Source of the DNA: Dudresnaya verticillata
Taxonomy: Eukaryota
DNA length: 64,000 nucleotides
Assembly (NCBI GenBank): GCA_977862235.1
Contig: OZ374564.1
Coordinates: 2,108,001 to 2,172,000, forward strand
Direction of reading: 5' to 3'
The notes beneath the pieces are model-generated. The model did no database searches, was not told the DNA's origin, and was given only the letters and a program-made list of their open reading frames with translations. Both the position numbers and the translations under genes were made by a program. Positions 1-11,290 of the stretch are shown in pieces. Within the stretch, counting starts at the first letter, position 1. Each line of letters opens with the position of its first letter.

Positions 1-372
1 GTTCGTCAACGTCAACCCCGACTCTCCAAACAAACTGTCCATTGCGGGTACACTACCGACTTTTGTATACACTTTACGGAACATGTGCAGCTCGAGAGGG
101 GCTCGTACTGTAGCAACGGGCTCGTACTGTAGCAACTTCCAAACGGCGGCGCGCCGGAGCGCTTGTTCGTTCGTCCAGCAACGCATTATCCGCGTAACAA
201 GCGCGTCAGACGACCACGCTCTCGCCGCCACCCCGAAAACATGCTCGCACCCCGGCAAGCCCTTCCGTTCTCGGCCGTTCCGACGGCCTCATCAGCCACA
301 CCGACACCCGCTCCCCGCTAGCCCCGCGTCATGATCGCATGAACAGGGGCCCCACGCCTCGCTGCGAACAAG

Positions 373-1811
373 ATGCAACACCCGACCATCATGCGCTTAA
401 CACGCACCCATGCGCCCGTCATCGCCGTCCTCTCCCTACTCGTCACCGCTGCATCGGCCGCGCAGCGCTCAACCACCTGCCCCAAAGTCATACCAGATCC
501 CGCTGCTGGCGCGGTCGAGCCGTTCATCGTCAATGGCGACGAGGTCTCCCCGGGGCTGCGGCCTTACATCGCCGCGCTTTTCGCGGAGGGCCAAAACGAA
601 GGCGATAAATCGGTGGAGTGCACCGTCTTTCCTATCGCCAACCGCTTTCTGCTAACTGCTGCCCATTGCAAGCCCGCAGCTAAGAAAAGCTATATCGCCT
701 TCAACACCGACGATGTGCATGCCTCAACTGGTCCGTTTGTTCAAGTGATCCAAACTATTGTACATCCGCTCTACGACGATATGACTGATGATGGCACGTA
801 TGACGTCGCCGTTATCGAGCTTGAATCCAACATTCCTTCCGAAGCCAAAATAATGAAAGTCAACGTGGAGTGCAACCTCCCCCTCCGAGAATCCTTTACC
901 AGAGCAGCAGGCTACGGAGTCCTTACCAATAACAAGACTACGACCGGACTTCTCAGACAAGTGGACTTACCGTTCGTTTCTCCAGACGAATGCGAGAAGA
1001 TCTATGACAACTCTACATTCGATAAGGTCACAGAATTGAATCATTTGTGTGCAGGGTATGTTGGGAAAAGTGGCTGCGGTCCATGGTAAGTTGTGCTCGC
1101 AAAAACAAAAAGATGGCGGGGGCTGAGTTTGAAAGTCATTTGCTTTGAGAGAGAGAGGGGGAGAGAGAGAGAGAGAGATGACGCCCGCAACATAGCTGAC
1201 TCGCCATTCCACGATATGCATTCTCCCTCCGCGCGCACACACTTTTTATTTATGGTTTTGTGTTGGACAGCGATTTCGACAGCGGCGGGCCGCTGATACA
1301 GTACGATCCTTCCGGAATCCCTGTAGCGCTCGGTATTCTCTCTCGCGGCCCCGAGGTTTGCGGTGACGGGAAACATCCCGACGTCTACGTGCGGGTATCG
1401 AAGCACATAGAATGGATTGAGAAGCAGATCGGCGAGGAGGTGAGGCGGTCGAGCCAAGTGGCGTCTGTATTTGGCAACGGGTCAAGCGTGGTGGCGATCG
1501 GGACAAAGCAGTGCCTGCAGGACGCGACGATCAGCGCGGCTCCGGGAGGCGCCCCTGCTGCGTCGGCGTCGGCGTCATCCACGGCGGGTGGCTCTCCGAC
1601 GCCTGGGTCGTCGCCGCCGCGGCCCACGTCTTCCGCGCCGCCCATCCTCAACCCGTCACAGCCCAACTTGGCGCAGGAAGGGTCGGCGGGGACTTCCCGC
1701 GGCGTCGTGGTGGGCGTCGTGGTGGGGCTGGTGGCGTTTGTGCCCGTGGCGCTGGGGGCCATTGTGGTTTTCAGACGCGGGCGCGCGAGGGGCGCGGGCG
1801 GCGCGATGTAG
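373..1811 (+). CDS. Membrane-anchored S1 (trypsin/chymotrypsin-fold) serine protease, paralogue 1; exons 373-1085 and 1271-1811
   Basis: Signal peptide, IVNG mature N-terminus, LLTAAHC (His) and YDVAVIEL (Asp). Splicing the GTAAGT...ACAG intron 1086-1270 yields GPCDFDSGGP (Ser), then GVY-like PDVYVRVS, a Ser/Pro/Ala stalk and a C-terminal TM (VVVGVVVGLVAFVPVALGAIVVF) followed by RRGR. Confidence 0.92.
1147..1178. repeat. (GA)n microsatellite inside protease 1 intron
   Basis: gagagagagaggggagagagagagagagaga seen directly. Confidence 0.9.
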
Positions 1812-2119
1812 CGCGGGTGCGGGTGGGTGTTGTTGCTGTTGTGGCGGCTGGGGGATGTTCTCAGGGGTTGTGAATGGGACTGCGGGTTGATATTGCATTG
1901 CTACGGAAGATGCGAAGGAAGGAATAGGTGCGAGGTTGAAGGCATATTGTAGGTTGTTGTAACGGTCTTAAACGATTGCAAAAAAGAGCGAGTTGCGGTC
2001 TGTTTGGTCCCCCTTCGTTATTGCACAGACTGCACTGCTCTGTACTTTGGAAGAAGACGATGAACAAATGACGTGCTTCGTGCACGGCGCGTGCAACGAC
2101 TATTTACATCTCAAAGCTG

Positions 2120-3103
2120 TCACAACATGTTCCGTGTGGCATTGCTCAAGCCCGTCTCATCAAGCTCGAGCGTTGACAGCCTAATCGCCCGCGTGCCAGC
2201 ACGCGCCCGAGGATCAAACACCGGCGCCGCTTCAAACAACTGCTCCGTCAAGTCGTAACGATGCGCGCCACCCCGCTGAAGCAGGCTTTCGACAAACCGC
2301 TCCGCCTCCGCGTCACCGCCCGCACCGTCCCGCGCAAAGCACCTCCGCAGGTTGCCCTCCGACCACGCGCCGCATCCGCCGCCCTCGCCGGTCGCGCCTC
2401 CCGCCGCGGCGTCCCCGGCGAGCGCCCGCAGCACCGCGCGAGCGCCGTCGCCCACGAACACGCGCGGCTTGGCGCCGTTCGCGACGACCACGGCCGCGCC
2501 CGCGGCCGCGTCGCGCCGCACCACGGCCTCGGCCTCGCTGCGCACGGCCACGAGCGCGCGCGCGCGCGCATTGGCTGTTTCCGCGCGCGCGCCGCCGCGC
2601 CCCATCTGCCGCCGCAGCGCCTCAATGTCGGCAATGCTGCGCTCCAGCGCGCCGCCCCACGCGCGCACGTACGCCACCTCGGCGCGCCGGCGCTCGGCCT
2701 CGCGCTGCAGCGAGCCGCGGTACTCGTCGCCGCCCGCGCCCTCCGCGTCGCGCGCCCCCGCCGCGCGCTGGCAGGCGCCCGCCTCGGCCCCGCCCGCCGC
2801 GCGCCCGCCGGCAGCACCGCAGTGCCACTGCAACGCCCCGTCGCGCCGCCGCACCACCCCCGCGCCGCACAGCACGTTGACCGCGTCGGAGAACCGCCGG
2901 TGCACCCCCCTCTCCACGCACACCCGCTCCGAAGCGCTCAGATCCCCGTGGCGCGCGTGCGCAGCAGAGAAGAGCTGGCGCAGCAGCTCCGACTGCGACA
3001 CCGCCTCCCCGCCGCGCAGCAAGTCCACCAGCGTGCGTGCCACGTCCAGCTCGTCGCCGCTTGCGCCGGCGGAGCCGGTGCTCGGCTTCCAGCTTGTGTG
3101 CAT
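2120..3103 (-). CDS. Divergent E2F/DP-family winged-helix protein (DP-like); start may be 3262 if the His-rich tract is coding
   Basis: VHRRFSDAVNVLCGAGVVRRRDGALQWHCG resembles the E2F/DP DNA-binding signature RRxYDxxNVL...I.W.G. It is followed by a coiled-coil-like segment (SLQREAERRRAEVAY...IADIEALRRQ). Confidence 0.65.
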   Translation of the reverse strand: MHTSWKPSTGSAGASGDELDVARTLVDLLRGGEAVSQSELLRQLFSAAHARHGDLSASERVCVERGVHRRFSDAVNVLCGAGVVRRRDGALQWHCGAAGGRAAGGAEAGACQRAAGARDAEGAGGDEYRGSLQREAERRRAEVAYVRAWGGALERSIADIEALRRQMGRGGARAETANARARALVAVRSEAEAVVRRDAAAGAAVVVANGAKPRVFVGDGARAVLRALAGDAAAGGATGEGGGCGAWSEGNLRRCFARDGAGGDAEAERFVESLLQRGGAHRYDLTEQLFEAAPVFDPRARAGTRAIRLSTLELDETGLSNATRNML

Positions 3104-3107
3104 GGCG

Positions 3108-3186
3108 TGATGGTGATGGCGATGGCGATGGTGATGGTGACGGTGATGGTGATGGTGATGGTGACGGTGATGGCGATGGTGATGGC
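3108..3186. repeat. (GATGGT/GATGGC)n hexamer repeat, poly-His on the minus strand
   Basis: Tandem gatggt/gatggc/gacggt units seen directly. Confidence 0.9.
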
Positions 3187-3629
3187 GACCGTGCGCGCAA
3201 ACTACCAGGCACGCGCGCGCCCTTTTACCGCGGCGTGCGGCCGCAACAGCCGCGGCGGCCATCGACAGATGTGCTAAGCGCGCGCGGTAGCGGCTTACGT
3301 TGCCGGCAGATGTGATGACTGCGCGCGCGTCTAAGCTAAGGGCTTGCAACAAGCAAAGCATCGCCCCCTTCGTGCCACACACGCACCGGTCGTTTGCGTT
3401 ACAACGCGCCGCATCTCCGCCGCGCGCGCCGCGGATCACGCTGTAAATCCTGGCGCCGCGCCGCCCAATCGCCGCGCGCCAGCGCGCCGCGCCGCCCCAA
3501 ACGCGCCCTGCGCCACCGCATGTCTGCAACGCGCGCCACGCCAGGTCTTCACCCTCCGCGCCCCCCTCCGCGTCCCCCTCCGCGTCCCTCCGTCGCTCCG
3601 CGTCCCCGCCCGCCCGCCCGCCCGCGCCG

Positions 3630-3665
<36 letters not shown>

Positions 3666-3666
<1 letters not shown>

Positions 3667-5186
3667 TGCCGCCGCCGCGCCGCCGCCGCGCCGCGCCGCG
3701 CCGCTCCCCCGCGCCCCTCGCCCTCCTCCCGCTGCTGCTGCTGCTGCTCCCCGCGCGCCCCGCGCGCGCGTCGCCCGCGTGCCCGCCGCTGCTCCCGCAG
3801 CCGCCTGCGCGCGCGCGCGCCCCGTCCTCCGCGTACATCGTCAACGGCGACGCGGCCACGCCGACGCTGCTGCCGTACGTGGCCGCGCTCGGCGCGTCGG
3901 CGGGGCCGTCGTCCTCGAACTTCCTCTTCTCGTGCTCCGCGTCCGTGCTGTCGCCCACGCACCTGCTCACGGCCGCGCACTGCGCGCCGCCCGCCGGCGT
4001 CGCCGCGGCCAACCTGCTCGCGCTGGTCAACACCGCGTCCGTGGCGTCGCCGTCGGCCACGCGCGCGCGCATCCGCCGCTACATCCCGCACCCGCGCTAC
4101 CGCGGCAGCCTGGCCACGTCGTCGCGCTACGACATCGCCGTGGTCGAGCTGCAGAGCGCGCTGCCATCGTCGGCGTTCCGCGTGCCGTTCGTCAACGTCA
4201 ACGCGGACTTTCCGCGCGCCGAGTCGCCGGCGCGCGCGGTTGGCTACGGCATCACCGCGCCGGGCCTGGGCTCCACCGACGGCGTCCTGCGACAGGTCGA
4301 CATGCCCGTGTCCAGCCGCGAGCAGTGCACCGTCGCGTACAGCGACACGCTCGCCCCTACCGACCCGCGCTTCCACGTCTGCGCCGGCTACTTTGACACC
4401 GGCCTTTGCTCGCCCTGGTACGTTTCCCCTAACAAGCCCGCGTCGCCCCGCGTCCTCCTTTTCGTTTACCAACAACGCGCGTTCTAACCAAAGCCAAACC
4501 CCACATCAACACCCTCAACTCCACACAGCAACGGTGACAGCGGCGGCCCGCTCCTGCGCTACACGTCCGACCTGCAACCGGTGGTGTTCGGCATAGTGTC
4601 GCGCGGCACGCGGCAGTGCGGCGAGCCGGGCCGGCCGGGCGTGTTTGTGCGCACGGCGGCCTTCGAGGCGTGGCTGGACCAAGTCGTGGGCGCGCGCGCG
4701 TACAGCAAGGCCAACGGCACGCGCGCCGTCTTCGTGGCCGCGTCGCCCGGCGCATCCGCGTCCGCCGGCGTCGCGCTCGCCGCGTGGAACATCGCGCTCA
4801 TCGCCGTCTGCGCCGTGCTCGCCGTGGCCGCGGCCGCGTTCGTCGCGGCGTACGCGTTCCGCCGCGCCAGAAGCAGCAAGCGCCGCGGCGGCGCGCGCGC
4901 GCCGCCGCACCTCGCCGACGGTGCAGCCGGCGCCGGCGCTGCCGGTCTGTCGGCGCCGCCGTCGCCGCCGCCGCAGCAGCAGGCTGCTCTAGCGCATCCA
5001 CAAGCGCCGCCTGCGGCGCCGCCGAGCGGCGCCGGGCCCGACCAGGTTGCGCTCGTGGCGACCGACGCGCCCGCGGCGGCGGCTTGGGCCGTCGATAGTA
5101 TGGGGCTTCCCATAACGAACGGCGGTGGAGCCGGTGGCGGCGGCGGCGGCGGCGGCGGTGGAGGTGGGACGGACGTGGTGTTGTGA
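3666..5186 (+). CDS. Membrane-anchored S1 serine protease, paralogue 2; exons 3666-4417 and 4529-5186
   Basis: Signal peptide (LALLPLLLLLLP), IVNG, LLTAAHC and YDIAVVEL. The GTACGT...CTAAC...ACAG intron 4418-4528 restores CSPCNGDSGGP, then PGVFVRT and a TM (IALIAVCAVLAVAAAAFVAAYAF) followed by RRAR. Confidence 0.92.
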
Positions 5187-7404
5187 CAGCGATGGGGAAA
5201 GGGTGACCTTGTTGCTTGTTGTTGTCGACTAAAAGAGCTGACTCGCATTTTTGATTTCCGCTGGGTGGGTTACTGCATCGGCTACCATTGTAAAGTTGTG
5301 ACCCAGCGGCTTACATCTTCGTATTCCGTCAAACGCTATCCAAAGACGCGAGACGCGCGTCGTCTCGAGTCCACGCGTGACAACCTGTCGAGGAGAGCAG
5401 ACTTTATAACGCACTGCCTCGGCGCGTGCCTCTCAATAGCAATGGCCGGTGAAGAACACTCCTCTGCTTTCCTCCAAATGACCTCAATCGTCTCCCGCAA
5501 AGATGTCTGAGCTATTGCATGGTATCATCACAAATGCCATCCCCAGACATCAAAATTTAAAACCTCTGTTCAACCTGTTCGAGCTGGATTGACGTGTAAG
5601 AGTTAAGCATTCCTTTCCAAATGTGCGTAAACTCCACACATGGTGCTATGTTTTTCAGTTGCAGTAGAGGTAGGACGACAGTTCAAGTGAAGCTTTGATC
5701 CAAATAGACCACACAAACCGCACAAACTTCTCGTCAGAGTTCAACCTATTGAAACAACGTGTAGAGCTAAGTAAGCCCCCTTTTACCTATATTGCATCTG
5801 CGATCCATTATTGGGTTGACTTCGACGCGACTGTCTTCCGTTTGTGCCCTTCCCCCTACCACACACGCTAGCTACATACTCACATCTAAACTTCTTTTCA
5901 GTACGAAATGCAGTTCAATCTTACTCTCGTTGTCTACATATCAACCTCAAACGAAACTTTATGATGACGATCAGTGTATCTTCTCGCCTTACCGACATCC
6001 ATATGGGTACACACAACCAGCAACTATAAAATACTGAAGCAAAGGCAGTTGCATGTCCTGACGTGGCTAGATGAAAACAACAAAACCGTTCCACTCACAA
6101 AGTGTTCACACAAAGCCAAAGACACAGCGTCACCACTGAAAGTATAGTCAGCTATTACAGAACGCTCCTATGTCATTCAAGCGAGAACACTCATGAAAGC
6201 GTTTTGCCTTCGACGACGCTGTGTCTCCACAAGGATCTCTAGAGCCCTGAATATTCAATTTCGGGAGCTCTTGTGGTTTATGTACAATGCAAGTCACATC
6301 CCGATATGCCCCGCGGCCACGACATGACGATACGGCCGAGTGCTTTCGAAGAGCGTCCTGCACGCTCTTCCCTGCTGCGATGTGGGTTGCGTCCCCAAGG
6401 TTCCTGTCGCATGCCGCAACTACAACCTTCTCGGTGGCGAGCCAGTGCAGAACTGCAGCAGAATAAAACTCACAAAGGTCGCGATCAGCGTGCCAGCATG
6501 ACGTAGCGGCTGTCTGAAACAATCGGCCTCGCGACTTGGCAGAGGCATTGAGAGGCATTGGGATTGGGATTGGGATTGTTGCACTTTTGTTTCATTTTAA
6601 AAATGACGGCGTCAGCAACAATTTCACACCTCCCGATACATGACGCGCCTGCGATGCGTCCGTCACACGACCTCCTCAACAACGCGTTGAATCAGTGCAA
6701 GTGCACCGCTCCCTCCCTCGGGCGGGACGTCCGATCCACCATCCCTCTGGCATCCCCTCTTTATAGACCTGTGCATTTATTGTGCATGCATCAAAGGGTC
6801 GCTGACACTTTCACGACATTGCTGAATCTCTCCGAGAGATGTTATCACATCTACGCTGGTGCGCATTGCGAGCACATTGATAAGCACCCCATGCCTGCGA
6901 GGCACACGTTCCATCCATAACTGTGCAATGATTACAGCCACAGCGCTGCCTAGATTCCTCCTCGATATTCCCGGACATTGATCCCAATTGCTGTCTATGT
7001 GAAATGCCCCATTACGTCTGTTCTGGAACGTTGTTCCTTCTAATGCATTCAAGATTTGAGTGCATCACCATACAGCGGATGTCTATGTCAGGAAAGTAAT
7101 GCTGTTGCCCAAAGCATTGACAACCCCATAGCGGGGTTGTTTCATAACGTTGAAATCCTCCGTGAGAGCAGCAAGTCACGTTCTCGCATCTTGGCAAAAC
7201 AAAGTCCAACTATGAAGCCTTCCTTGTGTGATCCACACTTGTCTCCCTCTCCAGAAACCGGAACGAGACCCGCTGTCTCAAGTCTCGATAAAAGGAGTAG
7301 CGACGACCAAAACACTACCTACCCTTCCATTTGCAACAAAAACTCGTTCTACTAACTCGTCAACGAAGAACCTTCGAAAACCGCTCCCATTGCCCATCCC
7401 AAAA

Positions 7405-8625
7405 ATGAAGCGCTATGTCTCCTTCTTCGTTTACTTAGCCCTTGTGTTAGCTTCCGCTTCAGCCAAGACCGGCTCCATCAACATTCCAAAACCCGCCTTC
7501 CTCGGTGCCGTCAATAGCCAAGCTTCCAAGATGCAGATCTACCTCGACACTATGGGGCCCTTCAAGAACGCTGGCTCTGACTCTGCCACCTGGTATTACG
7601 ACGGTTCCTTCGTCCAGCTTCCGACTGGCCATCGCCTCAGCTTCCCTATTCCCAGAATTATGGCCACTGGTGCCTTCCGACGCTATGAATTCTTCGTCAA
7701 CAACTTTGCCACCGACACCATCCACTTCTCTCGCCAAGGATCCCAGTGGAAGCTCCGAATCACCGCAAAGGACAACAATCAGGCTCTCATGGTCGGTTGT
7801 ATCAACAGGAGGAAGGATAAACCCTGCAAGGTCCATGCTCTCAACCACAAGGCTGCTATCAAAAACTTCTATATCGACCTCTTCTTCACTCTTAAGTTTG
7901 ATGGCCCCCGCGTGACTTTGATGCCGAATGATGTGCACATGGACTTTGACTACAAGATACATTCCCTTGTTCTTAACACGGCCGCCAAGATAATCAACTA
8001 TTTCAAGAACATCAAGGACGCTGCTCGCAACGCACTCAAGACAAAGCTGATGGATGAACTGAAGAAGGATGAGATTAAGAAGTACCTTTCGGTGGACCTG
8101 GACGACCTCATCTTTGACAAGCTCGTAGACTTTCTGCCTTCCTCACTTGCTGGCAAGGCCGAATTTGTGGACAGATATGTCGATCTCAAGTCCATTGCTT
8201 GTGTTGGGAACAATTTCAGACTGGTGTTCAGCTACCCGGACATCGTCACACAGTTGACTGTTTCATCCGTACAGCTGCGTCCGATTATCCGAGATTTGAA
8301 AAGGACGTGCCCGTTTGTGTACGGCTTCAAGGCCACCATTCGGACCACTGGTAAGGTTTCTGGGACGGCATACCTTCAGTTCTCAAATGGTGACAGGGGG
8401 CGTACGGTCCCATGGGCGATGAATGGCGCGGGGGAGACGGAATCGACAATCGGGCTTCCCGTGGATGGAAGCGAGGGTGCAGTTGCAAAGTCTGGATATG
8501 TTCGGCTTGTGATTCGGTACACCGGGTTCCCGCCAGTGCAGTACACAAAGTACTCTCCGTACACTTTGATGACTGCTCGTTGCAGTAGTGGTGGCGGCAG
8601 CAGTGTGGGAAACATCACTACCTAG
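7405..8625 (+). CDS. Secreted protein of unknown function (~406 aa)
   Basis: Long ORF with C-ending codon bias. ATG 7405 begins a clear signal peptide MKRYVSFFVYLALVLASASA. No family recognised. Confidence 0.8.
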   Translation: MKRYVSFFVYLALVLASASAKTGSINIPKPAFLGAVNSQASKMQIYLDTMGPFKNAGSDSATWYYDGSFVQLPTGHRLSFPIPRIMATGAFRRYEFFVNNFATDTIHFSRQGSQWKLRITAKDNNQALMVGCINRRKDKPCKVHALNHKAAIKNFYIDLFFTLKFDGPRVTLMPNDVHMDFDYKIHSLVLNTAAKIINYFKNIKDAARNALKTKLMDELKKDEIKKYLSVDLDDLIFDKLVDFLPSSLAGKAEFVDRYVDLKSIACVGNNFRLVFSYPDIVTQLTVSSVQLRPIIRDLKRTCPFVYGFKATIRTTGKVSGTAYLQFSNGDRGRTVPWAMNGAGETESTIGLPVDGSEGAVAKSGYVRLVIRYTGFPPVQYTKYSPYTLMTARCSSGGGSSVGNITT

Positions 8626-9210
8626 TCGCCACCAGAGCCAAGTCTTTGCACTAACTCGTTGATGGCTTTTTAAGAACATGCTTGGGGAGAGGGATTAACA
8701 TGTTTGTGGTTAAGGCCATACTTGCGCTATTACTTAATAGATTAAAGGGAGAGTTGCACTTTATTCAGCGAGATACTAGTAGCCTCATGAGGGGGCTTAG
8801 CAAAGACCACGGCCTAGACAACAGCCTACCAGCTGACGCCGATTAATACACCCAGTGGGAGAACCGATACGGGAACCACGGCCAGTAGTGCACGATTGGT
8901 CTTTTAGTCAAATATAATGTGGCCAAGCCTGGTGCCCGGGGCTTAGGAAGGTGCCTGGAAGGAAGGTTTACATATGCAGCCACTACATTTAAATAACCAC
9001 ATGCATAGATATGTAGTAGCTCTGTTGCGAAACTTTATCTCACGACCCACAATGCCGATACTTCCTCGAGTCAACTTTCTGTCTGCTACATCCTGAAAAC
9101 ATAGAGTTGTTATTCTGTGGAGGTGGAAAGACATTCGTGCAGCCCTTTTCCCAAGCACGAGCCACACGCCCCCACCTTCGTCGCGACTTATTCTTGACTT
9201 GCATACATTA

Positions 9211-10362
9211 TTACACTCTTTGTGATCGAATAGCTCCTATAGTAGCCACAGCATACTCACCCAGCAGTGGGGCAACCAGAGCAAATATTTGAGGTATCAT
9301 AATCGTCAGAGACAGCACCGCAATATCTGTGGCTATTGCCTGCATGGCAAACACGACAATCGCTGTTCCCACAATCAATGTACTCGTCTCTAGAAACATG
9401 ACTTGCTCGTTCGTAACTTTCTTTCTCTCGCTATACAAGGGAACACCATATGCTAACAAGGCAGTCACACCACTAGCCACTGGCAATGAGCCAACAACAA
9501 TCAGCTCTGTAAAAAAATATCCCGTTAGTGTATGCGAGAACGCTGCACTATTGTCATTATATAGCAACTTGCAACATTCATCGAATTCATCGAGTTCTCC
9601 ATCGAAGCACAATACGTCAAACATTTTCGATGGCAGAATAAGAAGAACGGTAACCACCAGCACAGTGTCGACGAGTGCAGTTACAAGGCTCAAGAAGACT
9701 CGAAGGCGAAGGCGCTGCCTCAACCCAATTCGCACCAGAATGGCAACAGCTGTTTGTCCAACCAAAATTCCGAGCGGTACGAAGACCGAGAGCTCACTAG
9801 CAACGATTTTCCAAAAGATATCCGCGAGTTTATACCAAATAGACGCGTCTGGTAAATCCTTAAAGCTGGTAGTTGCGACAAGATCCAAAGGGGCTTTTGC
9901 AAAAACTGTTATCCAAAAGAGCAAATAGACCAAGACAACAGCGAAAACGATACTCTGCAGAATTAATAGACGAACTCTACCTGTACCTTCCGGGGCAACC
10001 TGCTTTCGAATCCTGGAATTTATCGCTATAGATTCAACAACAATGCTGGAAATCTCTGTCAGACAAAGAGCCACCGCGACTATGGTTGTATACAATCTTG
10101 AAAAGTCACATTTCGCAGTAGATAAAAAGATAGACCGGGTTGAAATTGCAATCGTTGCAATACCACAAAGAGACTCAATGACTAGCGCTACGACTGCCAG
10201 CTTTTTGCGAGATAGAGGAAGAGCCAGGGACTTAACGACTGTGAAGACAATCTCGATAGCAGCGAGAGTAAATACAGCATAGGTTAGGGGCGTTGCCCCA
10301 ATGCCAGGAGAATCCTGTCGGTTAATCTTCAATGCAAAATGCTTCCGAGAATTGATATGCAT
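9211..10362 (-). CDS. Multi-pass membrane protein, tandem paralogue 1 (unknown family)
   Basis: Intact ORF from ATG 10362 (MHINSRKH) with about 9-10 hydrophobic segments, highly similar to 13042-14205 and 16035-17192. Confidence 0.8.
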   Translation of the reverse strand: MHINSRKHFALKINRQDSPGIGATPLTYAVFTLAAIEIVFTVVKSLALPLSRKKLAVVALVIESLCGIATIAISTRSIFLSTAKCDFSRLYTTIVAVALCLTEISSIVVESIAINSRIRKQVAPEGTGRVRLLILQSIVFAVVLVYLLFWITVFAKAPLDLVATTSFKDLPDASIWYKLADIFWKIVASELSVFVPLGILVGQTAVAILVRIGLRQRLRLRVFLSLVTALVDTVLVVTVLLILPSKMFDVLCFDGELDEFDECCKLLYNDNSAAFSHTLTGYFFTELIVVGSLPVASGVTALLAYGVPLYSERKKVTNEQVMFLETSTLIVGTAIVVFAMQAIATDIAVLSLTIMIPQIFALVAPLLGEYAVATIGAIRSQRV

Positions 10363-10479
10363 ATCTCGATTGTTCGGTTGCAACTATTAAGAATGGCTGC
10401 ACGTTGAGAGGAAAAAATCTACGTGGATTCTAGGACCTTTATATTGACCTTGTTGGTGAGAAGGATGTTCTTGCGAAGT

Positions 10480-11290
10480 GAACGAAGATGAATCCAGAAG
10501 AAAATTGTTAGTGCCGTTCAAACCTTTGAACGTACCAGAAGGTCCTGTCGCTCAATGCAGGTCTGGAAAAATAGATTTTGAATGCGCTAAGTTCGTAGTC
10601 GTTAACCCGAACTCTAAAGGGAAATGTCAAACTCGCAATGAAGGGGGCTCGGGAGGCTGGAGGACAGAACTCGTGCTGAGCGTCCATAGGTAACACAATC
10701 CGTGCAGATGAAAAGTTTTCACTCTGGGATTATTTGTCAACTAGTACGTATTGAAATATGTAGCGAAAAGAATGCACACGACACATGGACACGCCTCTAT
10801 TTCCTTGGGCAGTTGTATATTCTTCTGCGTCTGTTAGGACCCCGAACTCGAATATTTTGCGGATGAAAAAAGTAATCAGTTGAGTCGAACAGACTTTTGC
10901 ATTGCCCCACGAATAGCTTCGTATGGACCGGCGATGAGAGAGTAATACCGTTGAAGTTCTAAGAGGCCAAACAGGGGATGCGCCCCACGAGAAGCCCTTC
11001 CTGAGCAAACTCACCATCATCATCACGAAATCATTATACCTTCGGTTTGTGGCAGCAATGTATTTCGTTGGACCGCCGTGCATTCTCAGAGAAGCATTTC
11101 GCAATTGGAGATGAATTCGCGGGGCATCGCAAACCCCATAAAATTCATGAAGCGTGTTGTGTGCTAACGTCTTGCGATCACACCTTCAAAGTCACAAAAC
11201 ATTATGCAAACTCAGTAGCTTTGAATTACGAAAGTGCTGCCATGCTATGCTGGCAGAATCTAGAAAATTATTAGAACTGCCCTTCTTGTA
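10480..11290 (-). pseudogene. Repeated module M (copies at ~10480-11290, ~11830-12640, ~14300-15010, ~17310-18110); decayed ORF-like
   Basis: All four copies share gagaagcccttcct(g/a)agc (LRKGFSW on the minus strand) and other blocks; frames are broken by stops and indels. Confidence 0.55.

Noticed and set aside
1..50. 16-nt identity (gttcgtcaacgtcaac) to protease 2, hinting at a third paralogue
   Set aside because: Too short and cut by the window edge; similarity is lost immediately.
99..136. 19-bp tandem duplication gggctcgtactgtagcaac; also (TTGGGA)n at ~6558 and (ACGAAC)n at ~25677
   Set aside because: Ordinary slippage repeats with no further structure; too short to call interstitial telomeres.
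2120..4072. 650-aa minus-strand ORF as a single protein, and other long overlapping ORFs at 2261-5248
   Set aside because: GC-rich shadow frames; the 5' part is antisense to protease 2, and only ~2120-3103/3262 has recognisable motifs.
5250..7200. Short ORFs between protease 2 and the secreted protein
   Set aside because: No motifs or codon bias; treated as intergenic or decayed DNA.
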